Positions 13,250 to 22,825 of a stretch of 32,000 nucleotides of DNA are shown here, piece after piece (within the stretch, counting starts at the first letter, position 1; each line of letters starts with the position of its first letter). Below the pieces are notes generated by a model. That model searched no databases. It saw only the letters and a program-made list of their open reading frames with translations, and was not told the DNA's origin. Made by a program: the position numbers and the translations under genes. The DNA is taken from positions 328,668-360,667 of the forward strand of contig NZ_ATWF01000001.1 in assembly GCF_000421105.1 (NCBI RefSeq), in the 5' to 3' direction. This DNA comes from Limisalsivibrio acetivorans. Its GTDB lineage: Bacteria; Chrysiogenota; Deferribacteres; Deferribacterales; Geovibrionaceae.

Positions 13250-15398
13250 CTGTGCTCCGTATGGTTGAAACCGGGCTCCGGAAGGTTCCCAGACCCCTCA
13301 ATGTTATTGTAAGATAAATAATCTGTTCTGTGCTGGAGCGCTGTCCATCCTTATCCAGCGGGTTATAGTCCTTTGATATGAATGTGAACCCGGCATTCCA
13401 GCAGTCGGATTTATATATGGCGTCCACGGTGTATGTCTTTGTGTCCAGATCTCCGATGCTCAGGTTCCTGTTATATCCGGAGGTCTTGGCGGAAAGCCTC
13501 AGATCAAGCTTCGGGAGTGTAACACCGAGGGAGTATTCAAGGGAGGTGTTCTCATCCCCCTCCTCGTAGTCGTCATCATCCTCTTTGTTGTCGTAGGTGT
13601 ACTCCTCGGAGACGAAGAAGAGGCCGTGCCTGAATTCTACCCTTTCGTTCAGATAATCGGTATCGTTGCTGTAGTAGTCGTATTTGTGCCTGGCGTAGAT
13701 GTATATATCCTCGCCGTACTCCATTTCCGCTGTTGTTGTGAGAGGTGTGAACCGGGACTGATCCTCGTGGAGGTCATAACCCTGATCGAAGCCCCCTTTG
13801 AAGGTCCAGTCATCCCCTTTGAGGTAGTTTTTGAGTGTATAGGTGTATAGCTTTCTCTTCTCAATTTCGTCATAGGGGATTCTATCCGGTATGCCGGAAT
13901 GGTTTAGCTCGGGTATCTCCTCGTAGCGGAATGTGTTGTATATGGAGTGTTTGAAGCTGTCGTATTTTCTGTAAATCTCGTTTAGTGAAATCTGCCACGC
14001 TCCTTTGTATAGCCTGCGGTTTATTACCCCGCCATCCTCTTCGATCTCTGCGTAGAAGTGGTCTCCAGTCTCCTTTACGCTCACTTCTTTGTCAAAGTCG
14101 CTCCAGTGTGTGGCGTAAACGGTAATAGAAGGGCGTAATGTGGCGATCTGCATGTTGATGGGAACATAAAACTCCGTTGAGGCGTGCAGTCGGGTGTATT
14201 TCTGCTGTATGGAGCGTGAATTCTCTGTATCCATATAGTAGCGGTATTCGGAATAGCGCACACGGTCGAAGTCTGCCCTGTAGTTGATACCGAAGTTTGT
14301 GAACCGGAGGTTCTTCTTAACGTAGAGGTTGGGTGAGCGGTATACATCGGTGCGTTTGTAGCTGTCGTCGTAATCCCGATACTGCATGTCGTTCTTGAGG
14401 CGAACTGCGGCATCGGCGTATTTCCATCTGCCGATAAACTTTGCCTCGGCGTAGAATTTGTTATCCGGGTTGTCGTATTGGGTCTGGCTCTGAAGCATCT
14501 CAAGATCGCCAAGGTCACGCAGATAACGGAAGTCGGAGACGTAGTTAACATCAAGGTAAAGCTCTGTATTTTTGGAAGTTTTAAGGTTTGTATCCTGAAA
14601 CAGCATCCAGCGGTCCTGCTCATCGGATTCGCTCATCCAGTCGTCCATATATTCGCCGTACAGGTATACACGCTCGTTCTCCGTTATCACATGCCTGTAT
14701 TCGCCGATCATCTGATAAAGTCCGCTGGTGTATGGGGTCAGACCGATGGTGAAGTCCTTGTTTACATCGATATCATGGAAGTATTTAAGCCCCAGATAGC
14801 TTCCCCGCTTTGAAGAGCTACCTATCTTCGGGATAAGCAGGCCGCTCTCACGCTCTTTCTTAATTGGGTAGACGAAGTAGGGGGTGTAGGCTATGGGTAC
14901 ATCCTTTATACGCATGGCGGCGTGGTTTGCCTTTATGTATTTACCGATATCCATCCTTGCATAGGAGGAGGTGAAGGACCAATCGGGGACAGGACCGGAG
15001 CAGGTGGAGAATCTGCTTTTGTTGAGTATGTAGGTAACATCCCCCGTTCTTTCCAGCTTCTCTGCCTGAAACCTGTGGAATGGTTCAACGAACCCTTCAG
15101 CATCGTAGAATGTGCCTTTCTCTGTGTTTGTATCGTATTTGAGACGGTTGCAGGTAAACTGGTTGTTTCCCTCAAGAACCCTTACAGAACCGAAGGCTTC
15201 GAGCAGGCCCGTTTCCTTGTTGTATCTAACCCTGTCCGCTTTCATTGTGGCGTTGTCCCGCAGGATCACAACATTCCCCTCGGCGTTGAAGGTTTTGTTG
15301 TCCGGGCTGGTTATGGTATCCGCCGTAAGGGTAACGCTTTCTGCATAAGCAGATATAGCGAACAGAAAGAGTAGAGAGAATAGAAGTAAGGGTCTCAT
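13227..15398 (-). CDS. lptD: LPS-assembly outer-membrane protein LptD (OstA/Imp)
   Basis: A 723-aa ORF with a signal peptide, an N-terminal OstA-like segment (AEGNVVILRDNATMKADRVRYNKETGLLEAFGSVR) and a long Tyr/Asp-rich beta-barrel region. Confidence 0.9.
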   Translation of the reverse strand: MRPLLLFSLLFLFAISAYAESVTLTADTITSPDNKTFNAEGNVVILRDNATMKADRVRYNKETGLLEAFGSVRVLEGNNQFTCNRLKYDTNTEKGTFYDAEGFVEPFHRFQAEKLERTGDVTYILNKSRFSTCSGPVPDWSFTSSYARMDIGKYIKANHAAMRIKDVPIAYTPYFVYPIKKERESGLLIPKIGSSSKRGSYLGLKYFHDIDVNKDFTIGLTPYTSGLYQMIGEYRHVITENERVYLYGEYMDDWMSESDEQDRWMLFQDTNLKTSKNTELYLDVNYVSDFRYLRDLGDLEMLQSQTQYDNPDNKFYAEAKFIGRWKYADAAVRLKNDMQYRDYDDSYKRTDVYRSPNLYVKKNLRFTNFGINYRADFDRVRYSEYRYYMDTENSRSIQQKYTRLHASTEFYVPINMQIATLRPSITVYATHWSDFDKEVSVKETGDHFYAEIEEDGGVINRRLYKGAWQISLNEIYRKYDSFKHSIYNTFRYEEIPELNHSGIPDRIPYDEIEKRKLYTYTLKNYLKGDDWTFKGGFDQGYDLHEDQSRFTPLTTTAEMEYGEDIYIYARHKYDYYSNDTDYLNERVEFRHGLFFVSEEYTYDNKEDDDDYEEGDENTSLEYSLGVTLPKLDLRLSAKTSGYNRNLSIGDLDTKTYTVDAIYKSDCWNAGFTFISKDYNPLDKDGQRSSTEQIIYLTITLRGLGTFRSPVSTIRSTDEVDNLD

Positions 15399-16538
15399 TT
15401 AAATGCCGTTTTCCCAGAGAAGTTTACGAGCCGCAGCACATAGATAGAGCGATCCGGAAACAAGTATATCAGCATTTCCCGCGACTTCAACCGCTTTATT
15501 AAGGGCTTTAGAGCAGTCGGGTATCAATGTGTAAGGTCCCGACGGGAGTTTGGAGAGATTTACGCTCCTCTCGTTATCCGGTATTTCGGTGAGGATAACC
15601 TTTCGGCAGTATCGCTCTGCGATGGCTGTCATCTTTAGAATATCCCGCTCTTCGGTGGAAGAAAGAACGATAACGGCTGGAGGAGGACCCATGCCGGTGA
15701 GCAGGCTAAGAAGTCCGTTGGGGTTATGGGCACCATCCAGTATTATGTTGCCTATTCTCTCCATTCTGCACATGGGGAGTATGGGGTCTTCGCAGAGGAC
15801 ATCTTCTTTCAGCAGGTGTGAGCAGACAGCCTCGGCAAGCCTGAGGTTTGCATCATAGGGTCTTGGAAGTCTCTCGTTTTCGGAGAACGGCTTGATGAAG
15901 ATAGCTTTATCCCGGAGCTTTACGCGGATTAAATCAGCCACATCACCGGTGTTTGCGCCGACGAAAACGGGTGAGTTCTTTTTGACTATGGCTAGCTTCT
16001 CCCACGCTATCTTGAATATGGTATTCCCCAGATATGCGGCGTGGTCGTAGGCTATGGTTGTTATTACCGGGGTCTTGTTTTCTATAATGTTGGTGGCGTC
16101 GAACCTTCCGCCGAGTCCTGTTTCGAGGATGGTGTAATCGGGGGAGTTCTCCGCAAAATAGAGCAGGGCGCATACGGTTAAAGCCTCGAAATAGCTTAGG
16201 TTGTGTTCTGTGCAGAGGTCTTTGATGCCGCTGAATATCCTGTCGAAATCATCCACTGAGATCAGATCGTAATCCAGAACAATTCTCTCACGGACCGTTT
16301 CTATATGTGGTGAGGAGAATAGGGCGGTTTTATACCCCTGTTCCTCAAGGATATCACGGATGAAGGAGCATGTGGAGCCTTTGCCGTTTGTGCCGGCTAC
16401 ATGGATAACATGACCCAGAGAAGATTCCTCAAATCCGAGAATATCCAGCACAGTCTCAATGCGCCCGAGGGTGAGCTCAAGGTTTTTGAACTCCCCTGTT
16501 ACTCTGTAATGTTCACCGAAGAGTGTTTCGGAACTCAA
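15399..16538 (-). CDS. folC: Bifunctional folylpolyglutamate synthase / dihydrofolate synthase
   Basis: A 379-aa Mur-ligase-family ORF with the P-loop HVAGTNGKGST, followed by FSSPHI. The TTG start directly abuts the accD stop. Confidence 0.88.
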   Translation of the reverse strand: MSSETLFGEHYRVTGEFKNLELTLGRIETVLDILGFEESSLGHVIHVAGTNGKGSTCSFIRDILEEQGYKTALFSSPHIETVRERIVLDYDLISVDDFDRIFSGIKDLCTEHNLSYFEALTVCALLYFAENSPDYTILETGLGGRFDATNIIENKTPVITTIAYDHAAYLGNTIFKIAWEKLAIVKKNSPVFVGANTGDVADLIRVKLRDKAIFIKPFSENERLPRPYDANLRLAEAVCSHLLKEDVLCEDPILPMCRMERIGNIILDGAHNPNGLLSLLTGMGPPPAVIVLSSTEERDILKMTAIAERYCRKVILTEIPDNERSVNLSKLPSGPYTLIPDCSKALNKAVEVAGNADILVSGSLYLCAAARKLLWENGI

Positions 16539-17387
16539 TTACTGTTTTCCGAAGAAATCCAGCACGGTGTGTATGTTGTTTTTCCAGTCCCTTCTATGGG
16601 AGACAAAGTCCACCATACCGTGTTCCTGCAGGAACTCTGCACGCTGGAAGCCCTCGGGGAGCTTCTGGCGTATGGTTTGTTCGATAACTCTGGGTCCTGC
16701 GAAGCAAATGAGTGAGCCGGGCTCAGCAATAATAATATCCCCAAGCATCGCATAGCTTGCGGTAACTCCGCCGGTGGTGGGGTCTGTCAGCAGTGATATA
16801 TGACCTAGTCCTTCTTTCTTAAGCTTAGTGAGGGCGGCGGAGGTTTTTGCCATCTGCATGAGGGAGAGTATACTCTCCTGCATCCTAGCACCGCCGGAAC
16901 AGCTTATGGTTACAACGTGTCTTCCATGGTGGATGCCGTTCTCCACAAGGCGGGTTATCTTCTCACCCACAACGCTTCCCATACTTCCGCCAAGGAAGGC
17001 GAATTCGAAGGCGCCGATATTAACCTCACGCCCGTTAACAGCTCCAACGCCGGAGATGAATGCATCGTTTATTCCGGTTTTTCTGACAGCCGCCTTGATC
17101 CGGTCGGGGTACTTCTTTGAATCACGGAATTTCAGCGGATCCAGTGAGCGGATGCCGGAGTCAAACTCCGTGAATGTATTCTCATCGGTTATGAATCCGA
17201 TCTTCTGTAATGCTGAGACGGGAAAATGAAAATCGCATTTTGGACAGCACTGAAAGTTGTCTTCAATCTCCTGGCAGTAGCTAATCTCGCCGCAATGGGA
17301 GCATTTCGACCAGAGATTCTCCTTTATATCCTTCTTAGTAGAGCTGACTTTCTTGATCTTTTCCGTCAGGAAGTCCTTTATACCCAT
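16539..17387 (-). CDS. accD: Acetyl-CoA carboxylase carboxyltransferase beta subunit
   Basis: A 282-aa ORF with the N-terminal Zn ribbon CSHCGE...CCPKCDFH, and a carboxyltransferase core (GGSMGSVVGEKI, SGGARMQE). Confidence 0.92.
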   Translation of the reverse strand: MGIKDFLTEKIKKVSSTKKDIKENLWSKCSHCGEISYCQEIEDNFQCCPKCDFHFPVSALQKIGFITDENTFTEFDSGIRSLDPLKFRDSKKYPDRIKAAVRKTGINDAFISGVGAVNGREVNIGAFEFAFLGGSMGSVVGEKITRLVENGIHHGRHVVTISCSGGARMQESILSLMQMAKTSAALTKLKKEGLGHISLLTDPTTGGVTASYAMLGDIIIAEPGSLICFAGPRVIEQTIRQKLPEGFQRAEFLQEHGMVDFVSHRRDWKNNIHTVLDFFGKQ

Positions 17388-17442
17388 GGTTCCTCCTCGG
17401 CGGGCTTAGTAGTATAAGTATGATTGTTATTAAAACAGTAAA

Positions 17443-17471
17443 ATTCTATTTGTGTTCTATCATTTTTGCAA
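17443..17471 (-). promoter_or_regulatory. Sigma-70-like promoter upstream of accD
   Basis: On the minus strand, TTGCAA (rc of 17466-17471), a 17-nt spacer, then TAGAAT (rc of 17443-17448). Confidence 0.5.
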
Positions 17472-17476
17472 GTGCT

Positions 17477-18097
17477 TTAAGCGGGCCAGCGGTAAAATGA
17501 TCCTTTTGTGTCATTGTAAAGTGCCTCGGGAGTCTCTATTCCTCTGGCATACAGCTCTTTGAAGCAATTTGCCAGAAGGAGTGCGGTATGTGCCGCATCG
17601 AAGAGTGCTCTGTGCCTGTATGTTGCGGGGAGGGGTACATCCAGCTCAAGGTTTCTCATAAGGCTATCAAGGGAGTAGCTTGGCAGACCGGGAAAGGCGG
17701 CTCTGGCAAGTTTCACTGTATCGATAACCATGGGGGGCACATCCCCGAGTGAGTGTTTATCAACGCAGTGCATTATGAATGAGCAGTCGAACCTTGCGTT
17801 ATGGGCTGCTACAATGCTTTCGCCTGTAAATTCAAGAAAGGAGGGTATAACCTCCCTGTCGGTGGGCTTCCCCTTAACCATGGTACGGCTGATTCCGTGC
17901 ACTGCATAGGCCTGATAGGGGATGCTGCATTCGGGGTCGATGAGTGTTTCGAATCTTTCGTTAAGGTTTATCTTAAAGCCCGGTTCCACACGAACTGCGG
18001 CTATCTCCAACAGCTTAGCCCCTTTTTTGGGTGATATTCCGGTGGTTTCCGTATCAAAAACCGTAAATGTAAGCTCGTCAAATCTCGTTGTTTTCAT
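17477..18097 (-). CDS. DEDD-type 3'-5' exonuclease (DnaQ / Pol III epsilon-like)
   Basis: A 206-aa ORF with ExoI FDTETTG, ExoII AAHNARFD and ExoIII HRALFDA motifs. It overlaps the rsmA stop by 20 nt. Confidence 0.8.
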   Translation of the reverse strand: MKTTRFDELTFTVFDTETTGISPKKGAKLLEIAAVRVEPGFKINLNERFETLIDPECSIPYQAYAVHGISRTMVKGKPTDREVIPSFLEFTGESIVAAHNARFDCSFIMHCVDKHSLGDVPPMVIDTVKLARAAFPGLPSYSLDSLMRNLELDVPLPATYRHRALFDAAHTALLLANCFKELYARGIETPEALYNDTKGSFYRWPA

Positions 18098-18896
18098 TTA
18101 TTATCCTGAATAGCTTTATGAAATCCTCCAGCTCCATTTCCTCCGCCCGTATGCTCTCCTTGAAGCCTGCACGTCTTATGAGTTCGGAGGCATTTCCGTG
18201 GGCGGCCATGTTGTTGCGAAGGGTTTTACGCTTCTTCTGGAAGCAAGTACGAACGAAGGTTAGGAACCGCTGTTCGGTTTCACTATCCTCAAGCTGTCTC
18301 TCCCTCGGGGTGAAGAGGAGTATGGTTGAGGTTACCTTTGTGTTGGGCCAGAATTGTCCGCCCGATATGTCACGCACCTTTTTCTTGGTGTAGTAGTAGT
18401 CGGTTAGTACGGTTATGGAGGAGTAATTCCTCGTTTTAGGTTTTGCATTGATCCTGTCCGCAACCTCTTTCTGGTACATGAACACCATGCTTTTGGTGCG
18501 GCTGTGGAGATCTGTGCATCTTACGGTGATATCCACAGAGACGTTATAGGGGAGGTTGCCCGCTATGATTAGATCCTCACCCTCAATAAGGCTGAGATCC
18601 GCTTTGAGGAAATCCTCGTTGATAACGGAGAAACCGGGGTATATATGCAGATATCTTTTCAGGAAGGAGGCTAGATCGCCGTCTATCTCCACAGCCTGTA
18701 CACTGGCACCCCTTTCAAGGAAGCGATGGGTGAGCACTCCGCAGCCGGGTCCTATCTCCATCACATTGCTACCTTTTCCAACTCCCGCACTTTCGGCGAT
18801 AAGCTCGAGTATGTGGGGATTGGTGAGGAAGTGCTGACCGAAGTATTTCTTTGTTCTTCCCGCTTCGGATTTGAATATGCTAAGCAGATCGAGCAT
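18078..18896 (-). CDS. rsmA: 16S rRNA (adenine1518/1519-N6)-dimethyltransferase
   Basis: It carries KKYFGQHFL and the SAM motif VMEIGPGCGVLT, then GNLPYN. The track ORF extends to 18968. I prefer ATG 18896 (MLDLLSIF), which overlaps the pdxA stop by 17 nt. Confidence 0.85.
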   Translation of the reverse strand: MLDLLSIFKSEAGRTKKYFGQHFLTNPHILELIAESAGVGKGSNVMEIGPGCGVLTHRFLERGASVQAVEIDGDLASFLKRYLHIYPGFSVINEDFLKADLSLIEGEDLIIAGNLPYNVSVDITVRCTDLHSRTKSMVFMYQKEVADRINAKPKTRNYSSITVLTDYYYTKKKVRDISGGQFWPNTKVTSTILLFTPRERQLEDSETEQRFLTFVRTCFQKKRKTLRNNMAAHGNASELIRRAGFKESIRAEEMELEDFIKLFRIINENNEI

Positions 18897-19842
18897 TTTC
18901 CACCATCTTAACAGCGGTTGTGAACGCCTTTTTAAGGCTTGAGTAACCGGCGGTGTTTTTTCCTGCAATGTCGAAGGCTGTGCCGTGATCCACAGAGGTA
19001 CGTACGATGGGAAGATTCAGCGTTACGTTAACAGCCTCCCCGAAGGCTTCCATCTTGACAGGGATCATCCCTTGGTCATGGTACATGGCAACGACAAAGT
19101 CGTATTCACCCTTGAGCGCCTTTGGGTAAACAGAATCTGCAGGAAGGGGACCATCGATGTCTATCCCCTTCCTGCGCAGTTTGCGGATCGCATCCTTAAT
19201 AAAGGTCTGCTCCTCTATACCGAGAGCACCGTTATCGCCCGCATGGGGGTTAAGACCGCAGACGGCTATCCTCGGTTCTCTGCCGACAAAGAAGGGGCCC
19301 GCTTTATGGGCGTTTGTTACGGCGGTAATGATCTTATCCTCGTTCAGGATCTCGGGAACCTCAGCGATGGCGTGGTGGGTAGTCGCTAGAACGCTTCGGA
19401 TCTTCTCTCCCACAAGGAGCATGGAGAAACTGGTGCTTCTGGTGAGGTAGCCGAGGAACTCGGTATGTCCCGGGTAGGGGTATCCTCCGAGCTGGATCGC
19501 CTTCTTATTTATGGGGCAGGTGCATAGCGCATCTGCATTGCCGCTCATGCACATGTCGACACCCTTTTCTATGAACATCATGGATGCTTTACCGTACTCC
19601 CCTCTGATAGTTCCGGGGATAAGCTCGAATTCTTCGGTAGCATCGGGTTCTTCAATAATTATGTCTTCGGGTATATCCCGTCCAAGAATTTTCTTGAAGG
19701 CGTGTTCCATAATGAACCTGTAGCCTATGAATACGGGCTCTGCAATTCTGTTTATCTCTTCATCAAGGGCGAGCTTGGCGGCAATCTCCGGGCCTACACC
19801 TGAAGGGTCACCTATGGTTACAGCAATTCTTATCTTTTTCAT
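18880..19842 (-). CDS. pdxA: 4-hydroxythreonine-4-phosphate dehydrogenase
   Basis: A 320-aa ORF with IAVTIGDPSGVGPEI, GHTEFL, CGLNPHAGDNG and MYHDQG motifs. Confidence 0.9.
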   Translation of the reverse strand: MKKIRIAVTIGDPSGVGPEIAAKLALDEEINRIAEPVFIGYRFIMEHAFKKILGRDIPEDIIIEEPDATEEFELIPGTIRGEYGKASMMFIEKGVDMCMSGNADALCTCPINKKAIQLGGYPYPGHTEFLGYLTRSTSFSMLLVGEKIRSVLATTHHAIAEVPEILNEDKIITAVTNAHKAGPFFVGREPRIAVCGLNPHAGDNGALGIEEQTFIKDAIRKLRRKGIDIDGPLPADSVYPKALKGEYDFVVAMYHDQGMIPVKMEAFGEAVNVTLNLPIVRTSVDHGTAFDIAGKNTAGYSSLKKAFTTAVKMVENARSA

Positions 19843-19996
19843 GACGGTAACGATAATCCACCAGTGTCTTATTTGGCAAGCATTATGATCACTAAACGGA
19901 GGAATTATGGGGATAAATTCACTTTCAATTTTTGCGTTTTAAACTATTATTAATACTTAACCGCTAAACTGATACGATCTTATGTGAGGAGATGAA

Positions 19997-22825
19997 ATGC
20001 CCCAGCTTACGAGAAATATCTTTGAGGAACTATCGGATAACATAAAGGGTGATGTATACACCGATACGGTGCGCAGATACCTCCATTCCACAGACGGAAG
20101 TATTTTCAGGGTGGAGCCCGCCTGCGTTATCTATCCCCTGGACAGGGAAGATGTTCTCGCCGTAACGGCCTTTGCCACACGCTACGGACTCTCAATACAC
20201 TCCAGAGGAGCCGGTTCCGGCCTTTGTGGTTCGAGTGTGGGGCGTGGTATTGTCCTCGATTTTACCAAATACATGAACAAGCTTATAGAGATAGACTCCG
20301 AAGGGAAAACCTTCACCTGCCAGCCTGGCTACCGGTTCGGAGAGCTGGAGGCGGAACTTAAGGGTAAGAATCTCTTCTTCCCGCCGGATCCCTCAAGCGG
20401 TGAATATGCCAGCTTCGGGGGCATGTACGGAACAAACGCCAGCGGAGCCCATTCGGTTAAATACGGCAACGTATCGGATTATATCGAGGATGCGGAGATT
20501 GTTTTCAGTGACGGTCTTGTCACAACCATAAAAGAGATCGAACAGACTCCCTATGATAAACTTCCTCCACGCTTCAGAAGGTTATTTGATCTTTATGAAA
20601 GGAACAGGGAGACCATAGAGAACGGCTACCCCGATGTTAAATACAACGTTTCCGGCTATAACCTACGCTCCCTAGTGGAGGATGGTCAGCTTAAGCTCGG
20701 TAAGCTCCTTGGCGGTTCCGAAGGGACCCTTGCCATAGTTACCCGCATGACCTTCCGCCTCCATGAAAAGCCCCCTTACGACAGCCTCGTTGTTGCCTAT
20801 TTCGATGATATCGTCAAGTCCGCAAAGGCTGTTCAGGCGGTTCTGCCCTCCGGTCCTTCCGGTATTGAGATAATGGATAAATCCCTGCTGAACCTTGCAC
20901 GTGAATCCGACGAAAAGCTCAAGAAGGCGATACCCGAGGGTATCGACAACGTTCTTATGATCGAGTACGACGGCTTTGATGAGAACGAAACGAGGGAGAA
21001 GGCCGAAGAAGCTATGAAGACGGTGGAGCATCTTACCACCGAAGCGAACGTCGCCGCCAGTGCCGATGAGAAGGCAAAGTTCTGGGCTGTGCGCAAGGCT
21101 GCGGTTCCGATACTCTATAAACTGCAGGGGCGCAAGAAGATCATCGCTCTTATTGAGGATGCCGCTGTACCTACGGACAACCTTGTGGAGTACTTCGAAG
21201 GGATCTACTCCCTCCTTGAAAAACACGGGTGCGATTTCGTCATTTACGGCCATATAGCCAAGGGGCTCCTCCACACAAGACCCCTCCTTGATATGAAGGA
21301 TCCCCACGATATAGACCTTCTCAAAATTCTTGCCGATGAATTGTTTGAGCTGGTTAGCTCCCTCGGCGGAGTCGTGAGCGGTGAGCACGGGGACGGCAGA
21401 ATCCGCTCCACCTATGTCAAGGACCAGTACAAGGACCTCTACGGCTGTTTTATGGAGACAAAGAGCATCCTTGATGGTGACTTTCTTCTCAATCCCGATA
21501 TAAAAACCATACATGACCCATATCAGATGCAGAAGTTCCTCCGTTTCGGCTCGGACTACGGCAGCAGGGATCTCACCGGGAAGATGCTGGTATGGAACGA
21601 AGGGTTCACCGATGAGGCTGAGAAGTGTCACGGGTGCTCAAAATGTACGACTGTTACCACCGCAACCCGCATGTGCCCCGTTTTTAAGGCCACAAGGGAT
21701 GAAACCGCCGCCCCGAAGGCGAAGGCGAACGTCCTTCGTGCACTGATCAGCGGCGCCATAGATAATGAATCCCTCTATGAGCAGGCCTTCCAGAGCGTCA
21801 TGAATAAATGCGTCAACTGCGGAAGCTGTGTTATGGAGTGCCCCTCTAACGTAAATATCCCGAAGCTCGCCATCGAGGCGAAGGGGCAGTATGTTAAGCG
21901 TGTCGGAGCACCCCTTGATAAGAAGATAGTATCAAGCTGCGATCTTATGGGTAAATACACCCATAAGGTGAGCCCGCTCATCGCCGCAAGTATGAAGCTC
22001 AAGCTTAACCGAAAGGCTATGGAGCTTGTTACAGGTGTATCAGCCGAGCGTCCCTTTGTATCTTTCAAAGGTAAGTCCCTCTATGAAAGACTGGATGGAA
22101 GAGAGTTTGGCGAAGGTGGGGATCTTAAGGTAGTTTACTTCGCAGGGTGCTACGCCGGATATATCAATCCGGAGATTGGCACAAGCGCAGTGGACGTTCT
22201 CGAAAAGCTCGGCTGCAGGGTAAGCGTTCCCGAACAGGTCTGCTGCGGTGTCCCCTTTATTTCCAAGGGTATGCTTGAGGAGACGAGAGCCAGGATCAAG
22301 AAGAACCTTGATAAATGGGGTGATATGGTCAAAGAGGCGGATCATGTCGTTGTTACATGCTCCTCCTGCGGGCTTTCACTTCTGAAAGAGTGGGCATATA
22401 TGCTAAGCGATGATATAATAAGCGAGATCAAAGAGAAGACGATCCATATAAGCACTCTGGTAAACCGGAGGCTTGACAGGCTTGATATGAAGGAGTGTGG
22501 CCTCAAGCTTGCATATCACAAGTCCTGCCATCTGAGGGTTCAGAAGGATGATAACGCTTCCGTTGAGATGCTGGGTAATATCCCCGGCGTTGAGGTGGAG
22601 GATATGAACAGCTCCTGCTGCGGTATGGCGGGAAGCTGGGGAATGATGGCGGAAAACTATGAAACCTCTGCTAAAATAGGCGAGCCTATGCTGCGTAAGC
22701 TGAATGCCGCACACTGCGACTACGGTGTTACCGACTGCCCCACATGCACCATCCAGATGGAGCACATGTCGGATAAAAAGATAAAACACCCCGTTGAGGT
22801 GCTTGCACAATGCTTGAAAGACTAG
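19997..22825 (+). CDS. Fused FAD-linked oxidase (GlcD-like) / 4Fe-4S / cysteine-rich CCG-domain oxidoreductase, YdiJ-like 2-hydroxyacid dehydrogenase
   Basis: A 942-aa ORF. It has an N-terminal FAD-binding PCMH-type region (RGAGSGLCGSSVG), two ferredoxin-type clusters (CHGCSKCTTVTTATRMCP and CVNCGSCVMECP), and two C-terminal CCG-like repeats (CCGVPF, SCCGMAG). Confidence 0.85.
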   Translation: MPQLTRNIFEELSDNIKGDVYTDTVRRYLHSTDGSIFRVEPACVIYPLDREDVLAVTAFATRYGLSIHSRGAGSGLCGSSVGRGIVLDFTKYMNKLIEIDSEGKTFTCQPGYRFGELEAELKGKNLFFPPDPSSGEYASFGGMYGTNASGAHSVKYGNVSDYIEDAEIVFSDGLVTTIKEIEQTPYDKLPPRFRRLFDLYERNRETIENGYPDVKYNVSGYNLRSLVEDGQLKLGKLLGGSEGTLAIVTRMTFRLHEKPPYDSLVVAYFDDIVKSAKAVQAVLPSGPSGIEIMDKSLLNLARESDEKLKKAIPEGIDNVLMIEYDGFDENETREKAEEAMKTVEHLTTEANVAASADEKAKFWAVRKAAVPILYKLQGRKKIIALIEDAAVPTDNLVEYFEGIYSLLEKHGCDFVIYGHIAKGLLHTRPLLDMKDPHDIDLLKILADELFELVSSLGGVVSGEHGDGRIRSTYVKDQYKDLYGCFMETKSILDGDFLLNPDIKTIHDPYQMQKFLRFGSDYGSRDLTGKMLVWNEGFTDEAEKCHGCSKCTTVTTATRMCPVFKATRDETAAPKAKANVLRALISGAIDNESLYEQAFQSVMNKCVNCGSCVMECPSNVNIPKLAIEAKGQYVKRVGAPLDKKIVSSCDLMGKYTHKVSPLIAASMKLKLNRKAMELVTGVSAERPFVSFKGKSLYERLDGREFGEGGDLKVVYFAGCYAGYINPEIGTSAVDVLEKLGCRVSVPEQVCCGVPFISKGMLEETRARIKKNLDKWGDMVKEADHVVVTCSSCGLSLLKEWAYMLSDDIISEIKEKTIHISTLVNRRLDRLDMKECGLKLAYHKSCHLRVQKDDNASVEMLGNIPGVEVEDMNSSCCGMAGSWGMMAENYETSAKIGEPMLRKLNAAHCDYGVTDCPTCTIQMEHMSDKKIKHPVEVLAQCLKD

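Noticed and set aside
19843-19996. A strand switch (all genes to the left on minus, all to the right on plus) that suggests a replication origin. One DnaA-box-like TAATCCACC lies at 19854-19862.
   Set aside because: There is only a single 7/9 match to TTATCCACA, no AT-rich unwinding repeats, no dnaA/dnaN nearby, and only 154 bp of intergenic space. It is most simply a divergent promoter region.
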